Shown here piece after piece: positions 34,272 to 44,198 of a stretch of 58,170 nucleotides of DNA (the first letter of the stretch is position 1; each line of letters starts with the position of its first letter). Below the pieces are notes generated by a model, which was not told where the DNA came from, ran no database searches, and worked only from the letters and a program-made list of their open reading frames with translations. The stretch is from a candidate division NC10 bacterium RIFCSPLOWO2_12_FULL_66_18. GTDB lineage: Bacteria; Methylomirabilota; Methylomirabilia; Methylomirabilales; 2-02-FULL-66-22. The position numbers were made by a program, and so were the translations under genes. The stretch lies in contig METI01000187.1 of assembly GCA_001771285.1 (NCBI GenBank), positions 1 through 58,170 on the forward strand. Reading direction: 5' to 3'.

Positions 34272-35554
34272 CTGTAGCCGAACAGCCCAGGAATCCAGAG
34301 GGCCAGGCCCGGAAACAGAAGGACGAGGAACAGGACCACAAACTGCCAGAGCACGAAGGGCCAGACCGCTCGCACCAGGCGCTCGAGCGTGATCCCGGCC
34401 ACACCGCAGATCACGAAGAGGACGATACCGATCGGGGGGGTCAGCATCCCGACTACCAGGTTCAGGATCATCAGAAATCCGAAATACAGCGGGTGGAGGC
34501 CATAGGCGGCCGCCATCGGCGCCAGAATGGGCACGAACATCACGTAGGCGGCGACTGACTCCATCAGGCACCCGACGATGATCAGGAAGAACATCACGAG
34601 CAGCAGAAAGACCCAGGGACTGGATGACTGTGCTCGCAGGAAGGCCCCGATCCGGGTTGGAACCTGTTGGATGGTCAAGAGCCAGGAGACGGTGTTGGCG
34701 GTCGCCATCAGCATGGCCACCACGGACGTGCTCATCGCACTGCGCACGAGTATCCCGGGGAGATCTCGAACGCGCAGTTGCCGTGTCACCGCGAACCCGA
34801 CCACCAGCGCGTAGACGACCGCCACGGCCGCCGCTTCCGTGGCGGTGAAGATGCCCCCCAGAATCCCGCCGATGACGATGACCGGCATCAGCAACATGGG
34901 CAGGGCCTGCAGGGTCCGTCGCGCGAACTCCCGGATCCCCAACTGAATGTGGCGAACGGGATAATTCCGCCGGACCGCGATGACGTAGGCGATGACCATC
35001 ATGCCGAGTCCCATGAGGATGCCTGGGATGACCCCGGCGAGGAACAGCCCGGCCACCGAGACGCTGGGCCCGGCCAGGATGGCATAAATGATGGCCGGCA
35101 TACTCGGCGGAATGATGGGCCCGATGGTTGCGGCCCCCGCGACGACGGCGCATCCAAAGTCCAAGTCGTACTCCTCCCGGAGACTGGGAATCAGGATACT
35201 CCCCAGAGCCGTGGCTTCCGCGGTGGCCGCGCCAGTCACGCCGGCGAAGATCATGGCGCTCAGGATCGAGATGTGCGCCAGGCCCCCGCGGATCCGGCCG
35301 ACGCAAACCTCGGCAAACGCCACCAATCGGTGCAGAATGCCAGAAAAGCCCATGAGTTCCCCGGCCAGCATGAAGAATGGCACCGCCATGAGCGGGAAGG
35401 AATCCACGGCGGCATACATCCGCTGGGCAATGATCTTCAGGGGGACGCTGCCGTCCACGAGCAGAGCTATGGCACCTGCGATGCCCATGCCGAACGCCAG
35501 GGGGATGCCGAGACAGATCGTCGCCACGAAGGCGACACCCAACGCGGTCAGCAT
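34268..35554 (-). CDS. dctM: TRAP transporter large permease (TRAP-3)
   Basis: 428-aa DctM paralog. Confidence 0.9.
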   Translation of the reverse strand: MLTALGVAFVATICLGIPLAFGMGIAGAIALLVDGSVPLKIIAQRMYAAVDSFPLMAVPFFMLAGELMGFSGILHRLVAFAEVCVGRIRGGLAHISILSAMIFAGVTGAATAEATALGSILIPSLREEYDLDFGCAVVAGAATIGPIIPPSMPAIIYAILAGPSVSVAGLFLAGVIPGILMGLGMMVIAYVIAVRRNYPVRHIQLGIREFARRTLQALPMLLMPVIVIGGILGGIFTATEAAAVAVVYALVVGFAVTRQLRVRDLPGILVRSAMSTSVVAMLMATANTVSWLLTIQQVPTRIGAFLRAQSSSPWVFLLLVMFFLIIVGCLMESVAAYVMFVPILAPMAAAYGLHPLYFGFLMILNLVVGMLTPPIGIVLFVICGVAGITLERLVRAVWPFVLWQFVVLFLVLLFPGLALWIPGLFGYR

Positions 35555-35571
35555 CGGTCCTCCATGGTGGC

Positions 35572-36063
35572 CTACTCCACCCCGGATCTCTCGGCCGAAA
35601 TTGCCTCGCCGGACCGCAGGCGCGCCAACCCATCGAGCACTTGGAGGAACATCAGGACCCCACCGAGGGGGACGGCTGCGCGTGCCCAGGACATGTGCAC
35701 GCCCAGGGTGGCGCTCCGCTCCCCAGCGGAGTCCACCACCATCGCGATACCCGTGATCACCATCATAGCCAGGAAAGCCAGCACCGGGCCCTGGACCAGG
35801 ATGGCCAAGCGTCGACGGACCGGCCGGGGGAGCCGCTCCACGAAGAACTCGAGACCGACATGCACCCCGGACCGGACCGCCAGACTGGCAGCGAGGAAGC
35901 TAACCCACACGAACAGGAACCGGGCCAGCTCCTCGGAGAAGAACAGCGAAGTACCCACCACGTAGCGCAGGAAGACCTCCACCGCGACGAGGAGGGTCAT
36001 CATCGCGAGGAGAACAGCCACGGCGCCCTCGGTGAGCCGTGTGATCAGGACCATGGGTTTCAT
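35572..36063 (-). CDS. dctQ: TRAP transporter small permease (TRAP-3)
   Basis: 163-aa DctQ paralog (FSEELARFLFVWVSFLAASLAVRSGVHV). Confidence 0.85.
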   Translation of the reverse strand: MKPMVLITRLTEGAVAVLLAMMTLLVAVEVFLRYVVGTSLFFSEELARFLFVWVSFLAASLAVRSGVHVGLEFFVERLPRPVRRRLAILVQGPVLAFLAMMVITGIAMVVDSAGERSATLGVHMSWARAAVPLGGVLMFLQVLDGLARLRSGEAISAERSGVE

Positions 36064-36084
36064 CGTCCGACTCCCATCCCCCTC

Positions 36085-37071
36085 CTACCGCGCCGCGGCC
36101 TGGATTTTCTGCAGGAGCTCCGGGGTCACAGCCTTTTCGAACTCCTTGTAGACCCCCTGGGCGATCTGCCGGAACTGGGCGGTCTCCGCCTCGGTTGGGG
36201 TGTTGACCATCATCCGCTGCCGCAACTCTGCCAGCATCTTGTCCTCCTCGGCCGCGTGCTCACGCCGCTGCCAGCGCGCTTCCTCCCGGCCGGCCTCCAA
36301 AAGGGTCCCCTGCAGCTCCTTGGGCAGGCCATCGAACCACGCCTTGTTGGCGTAGGAGATGAGCACCTCGAAGGCGTGGCCGGTCATGGAAAGGTACTTG
36401 GTGACCTCGTAGAACTTGCTGGAATGGATGGTAGTGATGGGAAGCTCCATGCCGTCGATCACCCCCTGCTGGGTGGCGGAGTAGAGCTCCTTGAAGTCCA
36501 TCGCCAGCGGGTTGGCTCCAAAGGCCCGGAAGGTGGCCAGGTGAACCGGGTTTGGCTGGAGCCGGAGCTTGATCCCCCGCATGTCGGCCGGCGTCTGGAT
36601 GGCCCGGCGGTTATTCAGGACGTGGCGAAAGCCGCTGGCGTGCCAGCTCAGAATCTTAATGCCCGCCTTCTCCACCTCCGCCTCGAGCTCCTTGCCGATC
36701 GGACCGTCCAGGATAGCGAAGGCCTTCCCCGCATCGTTGAATAGGTAGGGGAAGGTGATCACCGCCAGCTTGGGAGCGAGCGCCTGCACAAACGCCGGGG
36801 CCGCCAGCGCCATGTTCAGCGTGCCTCCCTTGACCTGGGACATCAACTCCCCGGTCCCCCCCAGTTGGCCGCTGTGGAAGACGTCCACACGCAGACGACC
36901 CCCGCTCCGCTTCTCTGCCTCCTCCTTGAAGACCGCCATGGCCCGAGTACTCGGATCGGTGGCGTTCAGCGCAATGGCGTAGCGAACAACGACCGGACTC
37001 GCTGCCTCCGCGATCGAAAGACTGGCAACCGTGAGTCCCCCCAGGAAGAGTGCCACCCATTTCCCGACCAT
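36085..37071 (-). CDS. dctP: TRAP transporter substrate-binding protein (TRAP-3)
   Basis: ATG 37071 (MVGKWVALFLGG) preceded by GAGGAGG. DctP blocks are present (FPYLFND, GIKLRLQPN). Confidence 0.9.
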   Translation of the reverse strand: MVGKWVALFLGGLTVASLSIAEAASPVVVRYAIALNATDPSTRAMAVFKEEAEKRSGGRLRVDVFHSGQLGGTGELMSQVKGGTLNMALAAPAFVQALAPKLAVITFPYLFNDAGKAFAILDGPIGKELEAEVEKAGIKILSWHASGFRHVLNNRRAIQTPADMRGIKLRLQPNPVHLATFRAFGANPLAMDFKELYSATQQGVIDGMELPITTIHSSKFYEVTKYLSMTGHAFEVLISYANKAWFDGLPKELQGTLLEAGREEARWQRREHAAEEDKMLAELRQRMMVNTPTEAETAQFRQIAQGVYKEFEKAVTPELLQKIQAAAR

Positions 37072-37166
37072 CGTGCACCTCCTCAGCTCCGATCGGAGCC
37101 CAGTTGAAAACGCCAGCATGCCCTGACCCCTCTATGGTTTGGCCGAAGTCGTCGCGGGCTGTGTCC

Positions 37167-38294
37167 TTACCGGACTCGACCGCGTCCCGCGATGCGCCAC
37201 ACCGCCTCCAGACGGCCATCCCGCACGACGTGGAACTGATCGTAGAGGTTCACCGTGGTATCGCAGTGGCTGGGCAGCAGGTGGACGACCTCGCCCAGAC
37301 GGGGTCGGCGCCCATCCCCGCAGATCATCAGCAATCCGTGCTCATCCCCGGCCGGGGTATACTCCCACCCCGGCAGATCCACCACCGCCGCCGGGCCGGC
37401 GTCGTTACTGAGAGCCTTCAGGCCTGCGTCCACCACGAGGCGGTCCGCCGTCGGGGCACTCATGACGGTGGCCAAGACGGTCAGCGCGCACGCGAAGTCA
37501 TCAAACACCGGGCCAGAGCGCCCCCCAATCTCCCGATACTCTCGGTCCATAAAGATGTAGGACCCGGGCTGGATGTCAGTCATCCCGGGAATTGCCCCTT
37601 CGGTGTCATACGTACCCGTGCCCCCACCAGTAACGATCTCCAGTGGCAAGCCCCGTGCTTCGAAGAGCGACCGCGTCTCCATGAGCCGCGCATTGGCCTG
37701 GCGGGCGGCCTGGGCGCGCGCGGCGTGGCCGACGACATGCTGAAGCTTCCCCTGGTAGCCCTGAAGCCCTCGCAAGCTTAGCCCGGGCATGACGGCAAGC
37801 TTCTCCGCCAGCCTGAGGGCGAGGTCGCCGGGGGCCACACCGCACCGCCCCTGACCTACGTCTACATCGACCACCACCCCCATGGTCACTCCTGCTCGCC
37901 GCGCTGCGACCTCCAGTGCATCTGCAGCCTCGAGCGCATCCACCGCCACCGTGACGCGGGCGATCTTCGCGATCGATACGAGCCGGGCCAGCTTCGCCAC
38001 ACCCACGACCTCGTTGGATAGGAGCACGTCTCGAATGCCACCGGCCACCATCACCTCGGCCTCGCCGACCTTCTGGCAGCAGATCCCCACCGCGCCTGCC
38101 GTCAACTGGAACTGCGCGATTATCGGGGTCTTGTGGGCCTTGCCGTGAGGCCGGATACCGACCCCCGTCCGGGCCCCAAACTCAGCCATCCGACGGATGT
38201 TTCCCTCCAACCGATTCAGATCCACGAGAAGTGCCGGGGTATCGATCTCCTCGACCGGGCAACCGATCCGATCCCAGGCATGTTCGATGCCCAT
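37167..38294 (-). CDS. DSD1-family PLP-dependent enzyme (D-serine dehydratase / D-threonine or D-3-hydroxyaspartate aldolase type; alanine-racemase N-domain fold)
   Basis: IDTPALLVDLNRLEGNIRRM...IRPHGKAHKTP (PLP Lys context)...LLPSHCDTTVNLYD. ATG 38294 preceded by AAGGAGGAGG. Confidence 0.8.
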   Translation of the reverse strand: MGIEHAWDRIGCPVEEIDTPALLVDLNRLEGNIRRMAEFGARTGVGIRPHGKAHKTPIIAQFQLTAGAVGICCQKVGEAEVMVAGGIRDVLLSNEVVGVAKLARLVSIAKIARVTVAVDALEAADALEVAARRAGVTMGVVVDVDVGQGRCGVAPGDLALRLAEKLAVMPGLSLRGLQGYQGKLQHVVGHAARAQAARQANARLMETRSLFEARGLPLEIVTGGGTGTYDTEGAIPGMTDIQPGSYIFMDREYREIGGRSGPVFDDFACALTVLATVMSAPTADRLVVDAGLKALSNDAGPAAVVDLPGWEYTPAGDEHGLLMICGDGRRPRLGEVVHLLPSHCDTTVNLYDQFHVVRDGRLEAVWRIAGRGRVR

Positions 38295-38392
38295 GGAACC
38301 TCCTCCTTGTTGCGCTTCGGACCCGGACGGCCCGAGTAGGGCCACGATTGCCCTCCTTCCACCCGTGGACCGCCTGGCCATCTTGAGCCGAG

Positions 38393-38779
38393 CTACACCG
38401 AAGCGATCGCGTCGATCTCCACAAGGAGGTCGGGCAGCATGAGATCAGCCCGGACCGTGGTCCGTGCGGGGGGGTTCACCGGAAAGAACTCCCGGTAGAC
38501 CTCGTTCATGGTCTCGAAGTCCTCTACCCGGGTCAGGTACACCGTCGTCCGCAGGACCTGGTCGAGCCGGCTGCCACCGGCCTGGAGGATATTGCTGATA
38601 TGCGTGAGGACCTGTCGGATCTGCGCCTGCACGTCCCCTTTGCCCACTAGCTGGCCGTCCAGCCCCAGCGCTACGATCCCAGAGACATAGATCGTGTCCC
38701 CAGCACGCGTAGCCTGGGCATAGGGGTATTTCGGGGTCGGGACCTTGGACGAGGTCACCGGAATCTTCGGCATCGACAT
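38393..38779 (-). CDS. ridA: RidA/YjgF/L-PSP family reactive-intermediate deaminase, full length
   Basis: 128 aa, YAQATRAGDTIYVSG...QIRQVLTHISNILQAGG...NPPARTTV. Confidence 0.85.
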   Translation of the reverse strand: MSMPKIPVTSSKVPTPKYPYAQATRAGDTIYVSGIVALGLDGQLVGKGDVQAQIRQVLTHISNILQAGGSRLDQVLRTTVYLTRVEDFETMNEVYREFFPVNPPARTTVRADLMLPDLLVEIDAIASV

Positions 38780-38845
38780 GGCCCTCTCCTCACTGATGGA
38801 CTTCAGGAACAGGCTCCTATACGACGGAAACCGGCGAGCCGACCG

Positions 38846-39862
38846 CTATCGAAGCTCGCGGATCAGCTTCAGCAGGTCTTGCACCCCCAACTCCTTCGCC
38901 ACCTCGTCCTGCACGTCCCGCAGCTTGGAGGCGAACGCCTTCGTGTCCACCTCCGTGACCGTGACGCCCGGCTTGCTCTTCAGCTCCGCCAGCTTCTCGT
39001 CGGCCAGCTTGATGGCCGCCTTGAGCTGGACGGCCCCCGCCTCACGGAACGTGTCCAGGACCACCTTCTGGAGGTCGGCTGGCACCTTGGCCAGGGTCCG
39101 GTCGCCGAGGAAGTACATGTGCACGTTGTACTGGTGGTGGGTCAGGACGACATGGGGTGCGACCTCATAGTATTTCCCCGTGACGATGGCCGGGAGGCTG
39201 CTCTCGGCCGCGTCCACCACCCCGGTCTGGAGCGAGGTGTAGATCTCCGGCGCCGGGATGTTGGTCGGCAGGGTGCCCAGCGTGCTCCACACCTTGAACT
39301 CCGTCGGGTTCGCCATCACCCGCATCTTCATGCCCTTGAGGTCATCCGGGCTCTTCACCGGCTTCACCCGGTTGTACAGGTTCCGCGTGCCGGTCAGGGC
39401 CAGGCCCACGAGTTCGAAGCCCTGTTTCTTCTCCTTGACGAGCTGTTGCAGCCGGGTGAACAGGCGGGGATCGGTGATCAGGGCCCGCTCCGCCTGGGCG
39501 TAGCTCTCGAACAGGTACGCCGCCGCCAGGAAGCCCGCCTCTTTCACCAGGGGCGCCGCGTTGGAACTGGAGACCACCGTGGCGTCCACCCCGCCCACCG
39601 TCAGGGCCTTCACCAGGGCCCGCTCGTTCCCCAGGACGGCGCCGGGGAACAGCTTGACCTCGACCTTGCCTCCCGTCCGCTTGGGAAGCTCCTGCGCCAG
39701 GAACTCCAGCCCGTACTGGGCGGCGATCCCTGGCGGGGTCTTGAAGGGCTCTTCGCTCCCGAGCCGGATCACCACCTCGGCCGCGTTGGTGACGCCCGCC
39801 CCCGCCATCAATAATGTCAGCGCTAGCAGCGCGGCGCCGACCGCCTTCCAATGTCCGTGCAT
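38846..39862 (-). CDS. dctP: TRAP transporter substrate-binding protein (TRAP-4)
   Basis: ATG 39862 (MHGHWKAVGAALLAL signal peptide). DctP blocks are present. The track ORF is over-extended. Confidence 0.9.
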   Translation of the reverse strand: MHGHWKAVGAALLALTLLMAGAGVTNAAEVVIRLGSEEPFKTPPGIAAQYGLEFLAQELPKRTGGKVEVKLFPGAVLGNERALVKALTVGGVDATVVSSSNAAPLVKEAGFLAAAYLFESYAQAERALITDPRLFTRLQQLVKEKKQGFELVGLALTGTRNLYNRVKPVKSPDDLKGMKMRVMANPTEFKVWSTLGTLPTNIPAPEIYTSLQTGVVDAAESSLPAIVTGKYYEVAPHVVLTHHQYNVHMYFLGDRTLAKVPADLQKVVLDTFREAGAVQLKAAIKLADEKLAELKSKPGVTVTEVDTKAFASKLRDVQDEVAKELGVQDLLKLIRELR

Positions 39863-39908
39863 GACATTCCCTCCTCCTGAAAACCTGAGACGTACGTAAC
39901 GCGTGGGC

Positions 39909-41207
39909 TCACCGCCCTCCCAGCATCTGGGGGACGAGCCACCGTGGAAGCCAGAGAACCGTGTCGGGTACCAACACCAGCAGGATATCCATCGCCACGA
40001 ACAGGAACACGAACCCCAGCGAGTGTCGGAACGCCCGCTCCACCGAGATGCCCCCAATCTGGGCCCCGATGAACAGGCAGAGGCCGTAGGGAGGGGTGAT
40101 CAGCCCCAGGGCCAGTGTGACACAGACGATCACGCCGACGTGAATCGGATTCAGGCCGACCCCGTCGGCCAGGGCCTGGACCACCGGCAGGAAGATGATG
40201 ATGCTGGCCACCCCGCTCTCGAAGGTGCCGAGGATCACGAAGAGGAGCATGATGAAGAGCAGGGTCGTGGTTTGCCCGAGTTCGAGGTACCGGGCGAAGG
40301 CCTGGATGCGGGGCGGGATCTCCAGGTAGGCCATCAGCCAGCCGAACATCATGCCGTTCATCACGCAGAACAGCGTCGGCCCGGTGAAGCGGGCGGCCTC
40401 CTTGATGGCGGCGTAGAGCCGGGACAGCGACAGGGACCGGTACGCCAGGCCTGCCAGGAGAAGGCTGTACACGACCGCCACACAGGCGGCCTCCGTGGCG
40501 GTGAAGACGCCACCGATGATGCCCCCCAGGATGATCAGGGTCACGCCGAAGGGCGGCAGCCCGATCAACACCGCCCGCCCGACCTCCCGGAGCGGGAGGC
40601 GCTCCCCCTTGGGGAATCCGTGTCGGACTGCCATCACGTAGCAGTAGGCGATCTGGCTCAGGCCGATGAGGATCCCCGGGATCGCCCCGCCCAGGAACAT
40701 GGCGCCGATGGACACGTTCCCCACCGCGCCGTACACCACCATGAAGATGCTGGGCGGGATGATGATCCCGATGGTGGACGCGGAGATGGTCACGGCGACC
40801 GCGAACTCGCGCGGGTAGCCCGCCTTCACCATCCCCGGGATCAGGATGGATCCCAGGCCCGCAACGTCGGCCACGGAGGAGCCGGACAGCCCGGCCATGA
40901 GCATGTTCGCCACCACGTTGACGACGGCCAGCGACCCCCGCATCCAGCCGAAGAGCGCCTGGGACATCCGGACCAGGCGGTCGGTGATCTCCCCGAGATT
41001 CATCAGGATCCCGGCCAGGAGGAAGAAGGGCACCGCCAGCAGCACGAAGCTGTTGATTCCCTGGTACATCTGCTGGACAAAGAGCGCCAGGGGAATCCCC
41101 GCCGACCACATCGTCAGGAGCGAGGCGAGACCCAGCGCGTAGGCGATGGGCACCCCGGCCACCAGCATGAGCGCGAAGCTTCCGAACAGGATCGCCAGCG
41201 GATCCAT
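39909..41207 (-). CDS. dctM: TRAP transporter large permease (TRAP-4)
   Basis: 432-aa DctM paralog. ATG 41207 shares 1 nt with the dctQ-4 stop. Confidence 0.9.
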   Translation of the reverse strand: MDPLAILFGSFALMLVAGVPIAYALGLASLLTMWSAGIPLALFVQQMYQGINSFVLLAVPFFLLAGILMNLGEITDRLVRMSQALFGWMRGSLAVVNVVANMLMAGLSGSSVADVAGLGSILIPGMVKAGYPREFAVAVTISASTIGIIIPPSIFMVVYGAVGNVSIGAMFLGGAIPGILIGLSQIAYCYVMAVRHGFPKGERLPLREVGRAVLIGLPPFGVTLIILGGIIGGVFTATEAACVAVVYSLLLAGLAYRSLSLSRLYAAIKEAARFTGPTLFCVMNGMMFGWLMAYLEIPPRIQAFARYLELGQTTTLLFIMLLFVILGTFESGVASIIIFLPVVQALADGVGLNPIHVGVIVCVTLALGLITPPYGLCLFIGAQIGGISVERAFRHSLGFVFLFVAMDILLVLVPDTVLWLPRWLVPQMLGGR

Positions 41208-41698
41208 CAGGCACCGTCCTTGGGTGGCGACCCGACGAGCAGTGTCTCGAACAGGAAGACCAGCATGCTCAGGGCGCTGACGGGGATTACTGCATATACC
41301 CAGATCATCGAAACCCTCAATCCCGGCGACTGTTCTGCCAGGCCGCTGGCCGCCAGAGAGAACCCCTGCCAGCCGAGCACCAGTGTCAGCACCCCCATGA
41401 GCAGGACCGTGCCGACTTCAATGAACATCCGCGGCCTTCCGGGCAGGTACTCGATCAGGGCGGACATCCGGAAGTGGCCCTGGCGCCGGACGGCGACGCC
41501 GGCAGAGAGGAACGCCAGCCAGATGAAGGCGAACATGGCCAGCTCCTCTCCCCAGACCAGGGGAATGCGGAAGATGTAGCGGAGGAGCACTCCCCCGAAT
41601 ACCACCACGATGAGTCCGAGGGACAGCACCCGGATCGCCAGATGCTCTGCCCGTTCCAGAACGTCCGCCACGCCCCGCAGGATCTTCGCCGCCCTCAT
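41207..41698 (-). CDS. dctQ: TRAP transporter small permease (TRAP-4)
   Basis: 163-aa DctQ paralog. Its ATG overlaps the stop of the upstream hydratase gene (ATGA). Confidence 0.85.
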   Translation of the reverse strand: MRAAKILRGVADVLERAEHLAIRVLSLGLIVVVFGGVLLRYIFRIPLVWGEELAMFAFIWLAFLSAGVAVRRQGHFRMSALIEYLPGRPRMFIEVGTVLLMGVLTLVLGWQGFSLAASGLAEQSPGLRVSMIWVYAVIPVSALSMLVFLFETLLVGSPPKDGA

Positions 41699-42483
41699 GA
41701 CCGGTCCCTCTCCTTCTCCTGCCCTTCGGCGAAGCGGGCCGTGCGGTCCCGGTAGTGCGGCGTTTGCTGGCAGACCCAGGACGTCAGGCTGTGGTACCGC
41801 GCCTCCAGGCCGAAGTCGCTGAGACGGCCGACCTGCAGAGCCATCTTGGCGTGCTCCACCGCCACCGGGTTGTGCCCGGCGATGGTCCGGGCCAGCTCGC
41901 AGGCGACACTCAGCACCTGGTCCGGGGGGACAACCCGATTCACCAGGCCCCAGGCCAGGGCCTCCTCGGCCGGCAGACGACGGCCGGTCAGGACAAGTTC
42001 CTTGGCCCGCGTGGGACCGACCAGGAGCGGAAGTCGCTGGACGCCGCCCGACCCCGGCACGCTGCCCAGCGTGATCTCGGGCAGGCCGAACTGGGCATCT
42101 CCCCCGGCCACCCGCAGGTCGCAGGCCATGACCAGCTCGAACCCTCCCCCCAGGGCATAGCCCCGAACGGCGGCGACGCTGGGACGGGGGAAGTAGGCCA
42201 ACCGATTGGTGACCCGGTAGCTGAGGAGGATGAACTCCTGTCGGGTCTCCCCGTTCAGCGCGCGCATATAGGTGAGGTCGGCCCCTGCGCTGAAGGCGCG
42301 CTCCCCCGCCCCCGTGACCACCAGCGCCCGGATATCTTCTCGCGCCTCCAGGTCCTCCAGCGCGGCGTCCAGCGCCCGGTACGTGGCATCGTCCAGCGCA
42401 TTCAGGACGGCCGGACGGTTGAGAGTGAGCGTTGCCACTCCCTCAGCTCTCTCCACAAGGATCGGGTTCTCCGTTTGCGTCAT
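41695..42483 (-). CDS. Enoyl-CoA hydratase/isomerase (crotonase) family protein, copy 2
   Basis: MTQTENPILVERAEGVATLTLNRPAVLNAL...VVTGAGERAFSAGADL...AAVRGYALGGGFEL. The track ORF is over-extended. Confidence 0.85.
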   Translation of the reverse strand: MTQTENPILVERAEGVATLTLNRPAVLNALDDATYRALDAALEDLEAREDIRALVVTGAGERAFSAGADLTYMRALNGETRQEFILLSYRVTNRLAYFPRPSVAAVRGYALGGGFELVMACDLRVAGGDAQFGLPEITLGSVPGSGGVQRLPLLVGPTRAKELVLTGRRLPAEEALAWGLVNRVVPPDQVLSVACELARTIAGHNPVAVEHAKMALQVGRLSDFGLEARYHSLTSWVCQQTPHYRDRTARFAEGQEKERDRS

Positions 42484-44198
42484 GCGAATCGGCCCTTGCT
42501 GAGGCTGGCCTTTCCCCCGTCCCGGCGGATGAAGATGGGACAGGCCCACTCCTCGTCGTTCCGTTCGGGGAAGTCCTCGCGGAAGTGACTGCCGCGGGAT
42601 TCGGTGCGCATGAGAGCCACGCGGGTCATCAGCTCGCCCACCTCCAGCAGGTTCGTGGTCTCGTGGAGTCCCACGAGATCCTTGGGCGTCCCCACGGCGA
42701 TGGCCGGCAGGAGTTCCTCCCGGATGGCCTGCAGGCGCAGCAGGCACGCCTCCAGGCCTGGCCCGGTCCGGATCACCAGGACCTGGCGGCTCATGGCCGT
42801 CTTGATCTCGCGCTTCACCTCGGCCACCTTGCGGGTGCCGGGTCGCCCCAAGAGCGACACCACCTGCGCCGCGAAATCCCGGCGGCGCCCCTCGGAGATC
42901 CGGGGCCGCTTCCCCGGCGCCGTCTGGCCGGCGTGTCGCCCGGCCCGAGCCCCGAAGACCTGGCAGTTGAGGAGCATGTTGCCGCCCAGGCGGTCGGCCC
43001 CGTAGGGCCCGGCCGAGGCCTCGCCCGCCGCGTACAGGCCAGGCACCGTGCTCTGCGCATCGGCATCGATGCGAAGCCCCCCATTGATGGCGTGCCCGAA
43101 GACCGCGATCTCCAGGGGACGGCTCATGACGTCAATCCCCTTCGACTTGAACCACTCCTTGGAGACCGGCCACATCGTCGCGATGTCACTGCCGGGCGGG
43201 ATGCGGTCTGCCTCGTTCACCTGGCGGAGATCCAGGAAGACCCCGCCCCGCGCCGTGCCGCGACCGGCCTCGATCTCGCGCTTGGCCGCGATCTCCAGGA
43301 AGCGCGAGGGGTCCTGGATGCTGAATGGATAGTGGCGGACCTTGGCTCGGAAGCAGGTCTCCTTCGCCAGCCCCGGCGGCAGGTAACGTTCCAGGCACTC
43401 CTCCCCCAGGCGGTTGGTGAAACTGGGGGCCAGCAGCCAGAACCAGGCCATGATGATGTTCGTGAAGGGGTGAATCAGGCCGAAGCCGGCCTGCATGAAC
43501 TCCAGGTTCGCCAGCTCGGCCCCCGCCCAGGAGCCCAGGGCGTAGCCGTCCCCGGTCACGTCGGGGGGCATCAGGCTGTACTCGAAGAGCTGGCCCGCGC
43601 CGCCCGTGCCCAGGATCGTGGCCCCCGCGACCACGGCATGCAGTGTCCCGTTCAGGTCCACTGCCAGGAGTCCCTGACACCCTGCCTCCTCCCGGACCAG
43701 GTCGAGGACCACCGTGTTTTCCATGACCTCCACGCCGGCGGCGGCACAGGCATCCTTGAGCGCCAGGACGATGGGCCGGCCGTGCCCGTAGATCTTGCGG
43801 TTGCGCGGCCGCGAGGCGAAATCCCCCATGGCGGCGAGCACCTTGCCCTGCGCGTCCCGGATGAACTCCACCCCCCAGGATTCCAGCGCCGCCGCGGCCA
43901 GGTGCGCCTCCTCCGCCAGGATGCGGACAAGTTTCGGGTCGGCGCACCCGGCGCCGTTCCGGAGGATGTCCTCCGCGTGGACGTCCGGGTTGTCGAGCGG
44001 GTCCCCCGCTCCGTCCGCCACGGCGAAGCCCGCCAGCGAGGCCACGCCGAACGAGGTCGCACCCGTCGCCCCCAACCGCCCCTTGGTCACCAGGAGGACC
44101 CGGGCACCCGTGCGGCGCGCCTCCAGCGCCGCCCGCAGCGCCGCACCCCCACCCCCCACCACCACCACGTCGGTCTCGTGTACCTGCACAGTCGTCAC
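42480..44198 (-). CDS. FAD-binding flavoprotein of the succinate-dehydrogenase / fumarate-reductase / L-aspartate-oxidase superfamily (no Fe-S partner nearby)
   Basis: DVVVVGGGGAALRAALEA...ILGTGGAG...LYAAGEASAGPYGADRLGGN. I chose GTG 44198 (AGGAG 10 nt upstream); alternatives reach 44291. Confidence 0.8.
   Translation of the reverse strand: MTTVQVHETDVVVVGGGGAALRAALEARRTGARVLLVTKGRLGATGATSFGVASLAGFAVADGAGDPLDNPDVHAEDILRNGAGCADPKLVRILAEEAHLAAAALESWGVEFIRDAQGKVLAAMGDFASRPRNRKIYGHGRPIVLALKDACAAAGVEVMENTVVLDLVREEAGCQGLLAVDLNGTLHAVVAGATILGTGGAGQLFEYSLMPPDVTGDGYALGSWAGAELANLEFMQAGFGLIHPFTNIIMAWFWLLAPSFTNRLGEECLERYLPPGLAKETCFRAKVRHYPFSIQDPSRFLEIAAKREIEAGRGTARGGVFLDLRQVNEADRIPPGSDIATMWPVSKEWFKSKGIDVMSRPLEIAVFGHAINGGLRIDADAQSTVPGLYAAGEASAGPYGADRLGGNMLLNCQVFGARAGRHAGQTAPGKRPRISEGRRRDFAAQVVSLLGRPGTRKVAEVKREIKTAMSRQVLVIRTGPGLEACLLRLQAIREELLPAIAVGTPKDLVGLHETTNLLEVGELMTRVALMRTESRGSHFREDFPERNDEEWACPIFIRRDGGKASLSKGRFA

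Noticed and set aside
37086-37099. Perfect 14-nt palindrome gctccgatcggagc just upstream of the dctP-3 RBS.
   Set aside because: It can form only a 5-bp stem with a 4-nt loop. There is no U-tract and no second copy in the window, so the evidence for a terminator or operator is insufficient.
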